From: Antechinus flavipes
Lineage: Eukaryota
Length of the DNA stretch: 64,000 bases
Reading direction: 5' to 3'
Assembly (NCBI RefSeq): GCF_016432865.1
Contig: NC_067398.1
Location: forward strand, 654,968,001-655,032,000
How positions within the stretch are numbered: position 1 is the first letter of the stretch; each line of letters begins with the position of its first letter. Below, in pieces: positions 1 to 18,522 of the stretch. Below the pieces are notes generated by a model that was not told where the DNA came from, did no database searches, and worked only from the letters and a program-made list of their open reading frames with translations. Both the position numbers and the translations under genes were made by a program.

Positions 1-74
1 AGGGGCCCGTGGTACGGAAGGGAGAACCGAGTACGTACTGAGGGACCTCCCCGCCGAGCCACCCCACCTCCCAC

Positions 75-200
75 CTGTCACCCGCTCGGGCGCCGCCGCC
101 GCCCCAGCTGCATTTCGTCTCCAAGGCACCGAGACGTTACTTCCGGCACCGACTGATGACGTAGCACAGCAGCTGTAGAACAGCCCGCAAGCCGGAAGCA
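75..200 (-). promoter_or_regulatory. CpG-rich promoter and probable first exon of the next minus-strand gene (FBXW9 by synteny only)
   Basis: ETS-type CCGGAAGT (revcomp of 139-146), CRE-like TGACGT at 157-162 and CpG-rich sequence. Candidate donor CAG|GTGGGA at 75/74. No recognisable FBXW9 protein sequence in the window. Confidence 0.4.
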
Positions 201-369
201 GGACACCTCGATTCCGATGCTTCTGGGTGGAGCCTTGAAACTGCTCCTCCCTTCTCGGACTCCAGGATAACCCCCCAGCGCACTTCCCACCAGACTGCGG
301 CCCGTTCATTATCCCGGGAAAGGGACCCCACCCCAGAGAGACAGACACAAAGGTGGAGACCAAAAAACT

Positions 370-2975
370 TGAGTCACAAGAAACTGGTTTTTAGTCAACA
401 AAAAATTATACATAAAATGAGAAAAATCTCATTGGAGCAAAGGTGCAAGCAGTTGCTTCAACACTAATCCACAGCAGTTTTACCATAGGAAACATTACAG
501 CACATTTACAAATGTACAAATCGAGGATTCAACAGACAGGAGGCTAAAAACTAGAGTCAGCACCGTCACCCAGGCCAAGCAAACTCCCGAAATCAGAAAC
601 TAACTCAAACAGAGGCAGAGGCAGTTGGATCATGGAGCTTTAACTTCATTGTGCAAAAAACCGAAAATTTTAAATAAAACAAATTAAAAAATTAAATAAT
701 CTGGAAAAAAAAAAAAAAAAAAAAACACTTGCTCCCCCCGTCCCTTTCTCTGGGCCCCGCGGAGGCTAAATCCGGATCTCTCACCCTGAGCTGAGCAAAG
801 GCATAGGCCAGATTAATACCAAGGCTATGTCTCCAGCAACCCAGGGGAAAAAGCTTCTCCAAAATAACCAGAATTTTAAAAATAAAATTAACAAAAAATA
901 AAAACAAAAAAAAAAACAAAACAAAACAAAAAAAAACATTTGTAAACGGCTCCCAGAGACCTGCTCGAGTTTTTACGCGATTTTAAAAAATTAAATTAAA
1001 AAGCTGAGCTGAGGAATGTGCGTGACAAGACGCTTGAAATGGTGAGTGAAGGATGGAAGAAATGGAAGGGGCAGACAGGCCCTGATTCAGATACAGGGTT
1101 CCCCATCCTGAGGTGGAAGGCAGGCAGAAAGCGTAGGGCATCAACCAAGAAAGGGAGATCTTAGCCCCTTGGGAAGGGCTGACGAGACACGGAACCCCAA
1201 TAACAGAGGAGACGTGAGCGGGCACAAAGCCGCTGGAGGGGGAATGTTTCCCTCAAAGCCCATGAGTAAAATCTCCACAGGGGGTTGATCCCTCCTCATT
1301 GTAGTCCCCCCAGCCCCCTTCACCCACACCAATCTGGAGTCTTCCAGGGCCCTGACAGTCCTCAGGCCCAGGAAAATCACCAGACTTGGATTCCTTCCTT
1401 CCTTCCAGGCTGGGCAGCGTTTATGAAGGTCCCTGTCCTAGTTTCTGGAGAGCAAGCAAGCAATCTACTTCGACTAACCACTTTTCCCTTCTATGCTCTT
1501 GAGGACTTGAGGGAATGAATAAGTGGAAATACCATGAGTCACAGGTCCATCCATCCATCCATTTCACTTTCCCCTCACTGATTCACTAGGCTCTGAATGA
1601 GATTCCTGCTGCCACTTGGCTGACTTAATTTCCCCACAAATAAAGCACCCAGAAGAAAGCCTTTCTTGGCTACTGCCAAAGCTGGTTCCAGCCACTATCC
1701 CAGGACCAAAAATGTTAAATAAAATGAGACAAGAAAAGGATAGCCTCGAGGCCATAACAGGACAGAAAAGGAAACAGGAATGAAGCCCTAAGACTGTCCT
1801 ATCAACATTTCTAGAAGAGAGAAGAGATACTAAAGTTGTATTCAGTTACACTCAGATATCTTAGGGCTCATCCACATATAGGGAACCAACAGTGGTAGAG
1901 AAGCACAGTCCTCCTCCCAGTGGGAAGATTGCTAGGCAGCCTCATGACTGAGGCTAGGAGACAGCAGACCCAGGCTGAGGGGCTCACCATATGCTCCAAC
2001 CCCCCCTATCTCCCAGCTGCTACCTCCCCACCCCCCAATGGGTTTGAAAGGGAAAGGTGAAGTAAACGCAGCAGCAGCAGCAGCACGGATACGGGTGCAC
2101 AACCAGTGAGAGGAGAATTGGCTGAGCAGTGGCTTTAGAAGCATGCGTCTCTACAGTGCTGACCAGCAGAGCAGGGCCCAGGGCCCAGGAAATGGCTCTC
2201 CTCCTGGATGAATTGCTGGGCTAGGCAGCCCAGAGGAGGCTCTGTACCTTCTTCTTCTCCTCCCTCCCCACCCCTGGCCCCAAGGCCCTGGACTCTCGCC
2301 AGCTGGGACCCTCTGTCACGGCCTTCTTCGGACCATTGCACAGCACCTATTACAGAAGCATCTTAAACTCTAGATGAAGGTTACATTAAGTCATTATGGC
2401 CTAACTCACAGGATTCGCTACTCTAAATGTCACCATGCAGTCAGGGAAAAAGGTGGGAGAAACAGGCAAAGCCCCCTCCCACCAATCTGGATGCACCATA
2501 ATCCCCACAGCGACACCCCCCACCCCGCCAGACTGATGGGCAGTACCAGAATAGTGGCTGCTTGTTCTATTTGTCCTTTCGTTTTTAAACATTTTTTAAC
2601 CCTACTCTGTGCACACTCGAGAGACCATCTATCAGCGTCTCTCGGATCACGAGAACAATTCCCTTTCCCCGTTTGTTTCCCCTTCCTCTTCCTCCTCTTC
2701 CTCCTCCAAAACAAGATCCTGCTGCAGCGAGTCCTCCCCCCACCCACCGCCCCCCGTGTGGCTGGCACTGCTCAGGCTTCTGCCAGAGATGAAAGCCCCT
2801 GGTTTGTAGAATGAGCGTGGAGGCCCCCCCACCCCCCACCCCCGCAATGGCAGGAAGACGGGAAGTCGTTTAGTTTTGTGTCCCACGTACTCCTCCCTAA
2901 CCCCCCACTGACAGGGCACTGCAACACCTGGATGCTGATGAGCTCCCAGCAACCCCTCCCAACGCCGTCAGGAAC
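370..2975 (-). other. TNPO2: TNPO2 terminal non-coding exon / long 3' UTR (about 2.6 kb)
   Basis: Acceptor (pyrimidine tract)ccccag|GTTCC at 2976/2975. Donor CTAG|gtaag at 3066/3065, 25 nt after the stop codon. U-rich tracts in the mRNA sense at 660-940. Confidence 0.7.
390..395 (-). terminator. TNPO2: Candidate TNPO2 poly(A) signal (variant ACTAAA)
   Basis: tttagt at 390-395 reads ACTAAA on the minus strand. U- and GU-rich sequence follows (revcomp of 340-367). I found no canonical AATAAA nearby. Confidence 0.5.
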
Positions 2976-3090
2976 CTGGGGACAAGGAGGTAGAGGGAGG
3001 AAGCGTCAGCACCCGGGTCTCTCGGCTCCTGTCTCGGCCCCGGCTCCCAGAGGCCCAGGACTTACCTAGTGCGTGGTCTCTCTGCTTCGC

Positions 3091-11511
<8,421 letters not shown>

Positions 11512-11650
11512 TCAAACAACTGGACATAGGGCTACCCCGCACCCCCACGGGGGAGGGAGGGATGAAGAGGCAGAAAAGCCCCTGCGGCCACGTGGGGAGA
11601 GGGGGGAGCAACAGCAAACACAGAGCCTGAGGGGGTGCCCCCCCCCGCAC

Positions 11651-11733
11651 TCCCTTTCCAGCTGAGGGGCCCCAAAGCTCCAACTCCGAGAAGAAGGAGG
11701 AAGGCCGGGGCCCTTCCCGGGCCCGGGTAAAGC
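11651..11733 (-). other. TNPO2: Candidate internal 5' UTR exon of TNPO2
   Basis: Strong acceptor ccgctccttctag|GCTTTAC at 11734/11733. The donor is uncertain; GGGA|gtgcgg at 11651/11650 is one option. Confidence 0.35.
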
Positions 11734-12021
11734 CTAGAAGGAGCGGAGGGGGATGGGGGGGAGGGGAGGTGCCGGGATGTGGGTGCACGCCGGCCTGAGG
11801 CCTCGGCCCTCATCGCCCCCATCGAGACGAGCTGCCGCTGCCGCCGCCACCGCCGCCACCGCGCCCAGCCACCCCCTCGCTGCCTGCCCAGCTTTCTCCG
11901 GCCCCGGGCCCTCGAATAGGCCTGGCCGCTCCCCGAGGCCCAGCCCCGGCCCGGCGCGCCTGCTCCTCCTCCACAGGCCGCGGCCGACAGCTCCGACCAG
12001 GGCTCGGGCCGAGCCACTCAC

Positions 12022-12230
12022 CGGGACCCGACGGTGACCGGGGCGGCGGAGACGACGGCGACAGACGCGGGGACGGCGGCGGCGGCGGCGGCGACTCCTC
12101 GCTCTGCGACTTCTCCCGAGACACACACGGGGAGGAGCGAGGAAGCGAATAAAAAAAAAAAAAAAAAAAAAAGAACGCGACTTGGCCTGAGCCGCAGCGG
12201 CTTCCGTCCGCCGTTCAAACTGTCTCCCCC
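12022..12230 (-). other. TNPO2: TNPO2 first (non-coding) exon in a CpG island
   Basis: Donor CCG|gtgagt at 12022/12021, GC/CpG-rich, promoter motifs just upstream. TSS position is approximate. Confidence 0.7.
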
Positions 12231-12400
12231 CAGCCAATCAAGACGCTGGGCGGGCCCTGTGACTCGAGAGGAGGGAGGAAGACTAAAGACGGCGAGCGGT
12301 GGTGGGAAAGGAAGGAAGGGCGGAGCACGTCCTCGAGGGCGTCACGTGGTCGGCGACCGCCATCGCGAAACCAGAAGAGGATTTCTCGTCACGTGATTAG
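12230..12400. promoter_or_regulatory. TNPO2 core promoter
   Basis: CCAAT at 12234-12238, GC box at about 12248-12254, and two GTCACGTG E-boxes (CACGTG at 12343-12348 and 12390-12395). Confidence 0.7.
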
Positions 12401-14029
12401 GGAGACCGCTATGTCTTGAATCTCTGGCTTTGGGGTTCTCCAGTCTCGTTTTCTTCTCTGGCATCTGTCTTGGTGCCTGGTACCGGGGACGATCCCTGGG
12501 TCCTGGAAGAGTTCAGGAATTCTCCGGTGAAAGCACCTGGCTCGTTTCCTCTCTAGGACAACTCTTTTACGTGCTCCAACTCCCTTCTCCCATCCTTCCT
12601 GCTTTATGACTTCGGACAGAACAGTTAACATGCCTGGGTCTGAGATCCCTCATGCGAAAAAGGAGGAATCTCTAAGGCCTCTCTTCCACTGTCTCTGACT
12701 CCGTTACCCTGCAGATGCAGGGGCACTCTAGGTACTACAGCGCATGGTACCTCTCCCAGACTGGCCTTCCAAGTTCCCTGGTTTGTTTTCTTCTAGATTA
12801 AGTGGAGGAAGTGACTGCAGATTCCTTGGCACACACTCACAGCCTTGCCTTCCCCAAGCCCTTCTCTCTTCCTGCCTCCATCTCACCCCGGGCTGTTTCT
12901 GCTCCCAGCTTCCTAAAACCCTCCTCTTCTCTTCCCCGCCCCCCTCCCCAGCAGGCAGGTGCAGAAGGTGGCTGGCATTTTGTTTGTTTTCTGGGTTGTG
13001 CCCTCACGCTGGGAGATCCAAAGAGCCATGATTCCCCCAATTGCTGCCATCTATCAAGTATCTCAAACATTCCAGAGTTTAGGAAATAGGGGAGGATGGG
13101 AACAGTAAACACAAAGACCTAAGGGAGAACGAATTGGCCGTTGTTGCTCACCCTTAGTGAGGACAGCCAGAATGGGGGAGGGAATTAGAGTGATTAGGTT
13201 GCCTGGGACTCCTCGTGGCACCTCTAGATATGAGGATCTTGGATTTAGGCTCCTGGGCAAGTGGGAAGTGGCAGTGCTTGGGGAGATGAATTAGAAGAAC
13301 AGGTCTTGCTGGAATTTCCATTGTTTGGGGCACAAGAAGGAACCGGGAACTTAGATTCTGAGGAATATGGCCCTCATCCCTAAAGTTGGAGGGAGTACAG
13401 AGAAAAGAGCAATATGAAGTCAAAGATCCTGAAACCGAATCCTTGCTTTGCTGTGTAACTTTAGATAAAGATCTCCCTTGCCTCAGTTTTCATCTCTCCA
13501 AAATAAAAGAAGTTCTAAGTCATGATCCTATGAACACCCCTGGATGCCCAGGCTTTGCAGCCTAAGTCCAAGGAAAGCCCTTCGCTTTCCTGGGACTCTC
13601 CTAGGTTTAAAAGAAGGATCCTGAAGGGTATCGCCTAGGGTGGGACAAGGGATCAAGGACCCTACTTGCTCCAATGAAAGGATTGTTATGATAAGAATGA
13701 GGGAGGGCAGGGAAAAGACACTCTTCTATCCTACCCAGGGCTCAAGGCCTTTGCCTTCATTCTTTCCACAAATATTTCTCAAAACTAGGACGCCCTACTC
13801 GCAGCATGGGGGGAGGGAGGAACGGACCAGGATGAAAGAATGAGCTCAGTCCCAGGCTGGGAGTTCCCAATCACCCAAGGGAGTTAAGAAAGATTCAAAA
13901 ATAATTAAAATATAAGGCAGGATGCTGTCCAAGCGGGTTACCGTCCCTCCCCCCAGATCACCGCTGCAGTCAGCTTAGGTGTCCAGGGTTTACAGAACCT
14001 TGGGGACTCGGCACAGGATAGAAGCAAGA

Positions 14030-14370
14030 ACACGTGGTTCCCGCCCCTCTACCTCCGCCCGCACGGAAGCTAGTGGAGGTGAGGCACCTGCGCGTGCACA
14101 TGCGCATGACGAACTCAGTTCATCGCTCAGTTTCACGCCCCTTCCCCGAGAGCGCCGGTAACTACATCCCCCGCGATCCTCTGCGCCTCGAGCCGCAGCA
14201 CTTCCGTCTGGGATTGTAAACAGCGGTGAGTCCAAGTTGGGCCCAGAGCCCCCGCGGCGGCGGAGGGACGATGGCGGGGCTCCGCCTGTCCGGGGTCTCT
14301 GGAGCTGAAACGGACGCCGGGGCCTGGGAGCCTAGAAGGAGGGGCCTCGGCCGCCTCTGAGTGGACCGGG
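14030..14370. promoter_or_regulatory. CpG-island promoter of the RNF11-like gene (possibly bidirectional)
   Basis: NRF1-like tgcgcgtgcacatgcgcatg (about 14089-14108), ETS cores on both strands, and ZNF143-like aactacatcccc (about 14160) and ctgggattgta (about 14208). Confidence 0.6.
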
Positions 14371-14376
14371 CCAGGC

Positions 14377-16576
14377 ATGGGGAATTGCCTGTCTTCTCAG
14401 CGGTCCGGCATCAGGGCTGGGGACGAGGTGGGGACCGGAGCCACAGACAATCTGTCGTTGCTCAACGACTCTGGGGAAGGAAGCGGCTTCCCCGGGGACC
14501 CGCCGCCTCCCCCACCTTCCCAGAGGGCGGGCACCCCGCTGGACAGGCCAGGCTAGGAATCGAAGAACCGGGGCATCTGCCACCCGCCGCGACCCAGAGA
14601 GGCAGGGAAGGGCTGAGCACAGAAGAACCCGGCCCTCTGCCATCACCCCCAGGGCCCCGGAGAGGCAGGGCAGGACTGGGTCAGGGGATCCCTGTGTCCG
14701 CTATCACCCCCGAGAGACCAGGCAGAGCTTTGTTCTAAAGAACTCCGGCAACTGCTATTGCCCATCCCCTGCCCCAGAGAAGCAGAGCAGGACTGGCAAC
14801 AGGGACCAACCCCCTAGTTCCCCAGAAAAACAAGGCAGGGCCAAGCATAGGGAGCCCCAAGCATCTCACCCATCACCCCCAGAGATGGGGGACTGGGCTG
14901 GGCACCACCCCGCCCTCCAGGGAGGGGCAGGCAGAACTGGGGACAGAAGAACCTCAGCTGTCCACTTCCGCAACCCTGAGGATCAGGCTGTACTGTAGTC
15001 AGAGGAAGCCTTTGGAATCTACTCTTTTCATGCTACAGAGTGAAGGACGTGATAGAACAGAAGGGAAAAGGAAGAGAACTGGGTTGGGAAGGGGGGACTT
15101 TGGAATTTACCAAGCCAGACAAGGTCGGGACTGGGATTAGGGGGACTGACTCTAGAAATCCCAAAACAAGAGAAGCACAGAAGCCCTCCAATTGAATAAG
15201 CTCATTAGGCAGGAGGAGTAAGGATTCAGAAAGACCTGTTTAAATTCTCTCTGCCAGTTACCAGCCCTGTGAACTTTGCCAAGTCTGTTTCCCGGTTTTC
15301 CTCTATGGAAAATGAAAGTGTCGGTTTAAATGATCTCTCAGGCCTTTCCAGCTCGAGGTCCTATGGTCAGACCCAGCGATGGGGGAGTGTATTGCAGTCA
15401 GCAGGACAGTAGTGAACATAGAGGAATGAGGTCTTGGTCCCATTCTGAAGTGAGCATTGGAGTTTGTGAATATTAGGATTCCTAGGGAACAGTAGAAGAG
15501 GTGCAAAGGGTACAGGGTTCATAGATCCTTTAAAGCAGACCTCAAGCTAGACCCACTTGAAGCCCCACAGGGAACTAGACACAGGCAGGTTGAAAGAGAA
15601 GTCCCAGAGACAAGTTGCCATGTATATCCTGTCCCCATCCCCCAGGGACGGGAGCCAATCCCAGTGTACCACCCATCTCCAAGCCAGAGCCGACTGGCCG
15701 CACAGCTCACAGAGGAAGAGCAGATCCTCATCGCCCAGAGAATTGGCTTCATCCAGCACCTGCCCAAGGGCATCTTCGACCCTGGCTCTGAGGGGTCAGA
15801 AAAGAAAATGAAAGAGTAAGGGTGGGGAACAGGATGAGGATACCCCAGGCACCTGAAGGGAATGTTGTCAGCTCGCAGCCTAGTCCTCCTGGGAGCTGCA
15901 ATCTGAGGTTGCTCAGTAGATGAGGCTCTCAATCTTTTTTTTTTTTTCTTTTTAGGAGGGAAGTCTGGGAAAACACCCAGGCCCCGAGACATACCCATGT
16001 TGTTCTTGACCATATCCTTGAGCTCAATCCCAACTGGGTTCTCTTTGGAGTTCATCATCTAAATTCACTCCAGCCCCACCCCACCCCTCAAGTTTGACAG
16101 CTTCAAGGTTTGGGGTCTGTCCCAAACTGTGAAATAAAAGGCAGGGCCAGGATCTTCTACTTTTCTGTTTTCTCCAGATTCCCAAGAGCAAGGCCAAGGT
16201 CTGCCATTCCTTGACTCCCCCAGGCTGAGATCCTTGAAGGCAGGCCCTAGTCTCTTCAGTCAACAGTATAGTTCAAGTCTGGGTACACAGTGGGAGGCTT
16301 CTATGGCAATCAGAGCCGAAATGTTGGGCATGGAGGGGGTGGGTTGTGGATGGGTGAAGAGGGTGAGAACTGGTGCTACATTCATCCATCCCTGGTCCCT
16401 GCAGGTGTGTGATCTGCATGTTGGACTTTGTGTATGGGGATGCCATACGCTTCTTGCCATGCCTGCACACCTACCACGTCCACTGCATTGATGACTGGCT
16501 CATGCGCTCCCTCACATGTCCCTCTTGCATGGAGCCAGTGGACACAGCCCTGCTTTCCTCCTATGAGACAAGCTGA
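14377..16576 (+). CDS. RING finger protein 11-like (RNF11 paralogue, RING-H2 E3-ligase family), 3 coding exons
   Basis: Exon 1 starts at ATG 14377 (MGNCLSSQ...DNLSLLNDS...GDPPPPPPSQ); donor probably GAG|gtgggg at 14427. Exon 2 is 15646-15815 (170 nt, GREPIPVYHPSPSQSRLAAQLTEEEQILIAQRIGFIQHLPKGIFDPGSEGSEKKMKE). Exon 3 is 16405-16576 (172 nt, CVICMLDFVYGDAIRFLPCLHTYHVHCIDDWLMRSLTCPSCMEPVDTALLSSYETS*). All 8 RING-H2 ligands are intact. Confidence 0.88.
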
Positions 16577-17755
16577 ATATGGAGCCTGGCAGCCAACATA
16601 TCCCCCAGGCCTACTCAGGTGAGTCCCAGGGGGAAAGCAGCAGCCACTGCAGCTAGACATTTTTCACATTTGGGGAACATACCAAAGAGTGCCAAAGACA
16701 GACTTGGCGCCCACTCAAGAGATGGTGGCTTCATGGGTGTCCTGGCCTGAGGCAGGCCAAGTGCACATTAAGTCCTCCCTAGCTCAGTTTGACTTTTTTG
16801 GGGTTAAGTAACTAGTTTCCTCCCCCATCCCATCATGGACTTTTTTACTGCTGAATTTTTAAAGATCCTGAAAACTAATCTTTCTCACCCCAATAACATT
16901 GAGTCCTGAAGCCCCAGTACCTGAGCTGCTTCTAAAGGTGATGGAAGAAAAATCTTTTTAAATCCTGATTCCAGGAATTATGTCCACTGTGGCTGAAGGC
17001 CAGTAGGATTGGGGTGGTAAGGGTATGGGAGGAACAGATTACCTTGGTCCCCTCTCTGCTTGGGCTTTTGCTGGTGAGACAATGATAATCAGAAAACTTT
17101 TATTAACAAGCTTGATATTTTGGATCTTGTAACCTGCCCCTATACATCTGGTGATGTGAGAAGGGACCTTTAGTCTCTCTTATTCTACCTCACTTCGACC
17201 AGACATACCTTTTTGGGTCAGAATCCTGGTCCCTCCCAAGCTGGGTCAACTTTGGTCAGTCAGAATATCTACTCTGTTCTTTCATAATCCTGAAAACTGG
17301 GCAGATAGGATTGGGATATTCATCTGTCCTTCCCTCACTCCCTGGACAGGTTGAATCTTGCTTGCCTTAAAGCCCCTGGTTTAGTACTGAGGACAGTGGG
17401 GTCATGTATGACCTGCTTTGGGGAACAGGGGTCCTTAGGTTTGGGTTTATTTTTTAAGCTAAACTAATTCTGTGGAGCAGGGATGCAGAGAGGGAAGCAG
17501 CATGACATGATTTCACACATAATGGCTCACCAGAGGAGGAACTACTGCTTTCAACATAGACGAGACCCTCTCCCCAATCCCAGGGTATAGCCCTCCTTTC
17601 TGCTGGCAGGGGCTCTTGTCTAGTCACTTTGGGTATTCCCAGGCTAACCCCAATGTAGGGGAAGAGTGACTAGAGAGGAGCTTCATATATGATTATCTCT
17701 GGGCTATTTCCAGTAGAAGAGATGAACTGGGCCCCTGATCATGTAAAAGATAAGC

Positions 17756-17777
17756 AATAAAATGTGTTGCAAATAAA
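17756..17777 (+). terminator. Tandem AATAAA poly(A) signals of the RNF11-like gene
   Basis: AATAAA at 17756-17761 and 17772-17777, followed by GU-rich ctgtgctgtttg. Confidence 0.6.
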
Positions 17778-18516
17778 ATGGGACCCCCTGTGCTGTTTGC
17801 AATGGGAATCAGAATTGGAGAAAACCTTCAGGGGCATTCAGTCCCTACTGTTGTATCAGATCCAAAGGAACAAGATTAAGCCCAAAATGAATTGAGAATC
17901 CAAATCCTAATGGTTTCCTAAGAAGAGATGATCACAGCCCATTCTAAGCATGATACTTGTACAGGGATATCTTGGAAGACCACAATTTGGCTCACTCCAA
18001 ACAGTGGATAGAGTTACTCTTCACTTCTGAGCACTTCTGTAAAGACTAGGATCTGAGCTTAGTACAACACCCTGCAAGATCCTATCTTCTTATCCCATTA
18101 TTTTCCTGATGAACCTGGGGCAGAGCTCAAGAAAACTTAGGCCTCAAATCCACAGCCTGGTGAAAGCTATTTAGGATGCGGATTCCCATAGGGCCTAGAG
18201 CACTCCCAGAAAACAGCTGCCAGGGCACCAAGTTATCAGCAGACTTGATTCTCCCGGGGCCTAGCAGTTAAGAAATGAAAGAATAGCTAATCAAGGTGTT
18301 TTCTGGATTCAAATCCAGACTTTTTGCCTCTTGTAAAAGTGTGACCTTAAGCAAGTCACTTGAATCTTTTACAGAGTTTCCTAATTGATAAGATGGGCAC
18401 TAAGGTCCCTTCCAAGCTCAACATTTATGAGCCTGTGATCTCAAGGCTGAGACTCCAAGCAGGGGTCAGAAGCTGCCTCCAGAAGGAACACATACAGGCA
18501 GCTCTTAGGTCACTTT

Positions 18517-18522
18517 TTTATT
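18517..18522 (-). terminator. TRIR: Candidate distal TRIR poly(A) signal
   Basis: tttatt reads AATAAA on the minus strand. A proximal ATTAAA candidate lies at 19866-19871. Confidence 0.35.

Noticed and set aside
14377-16576. RNF11 processed pseudogene
   Set aside because: It has GT-AG introns at RNF11-equivalent positions, a CpG promoter, and no poly(A) tail or TSD.
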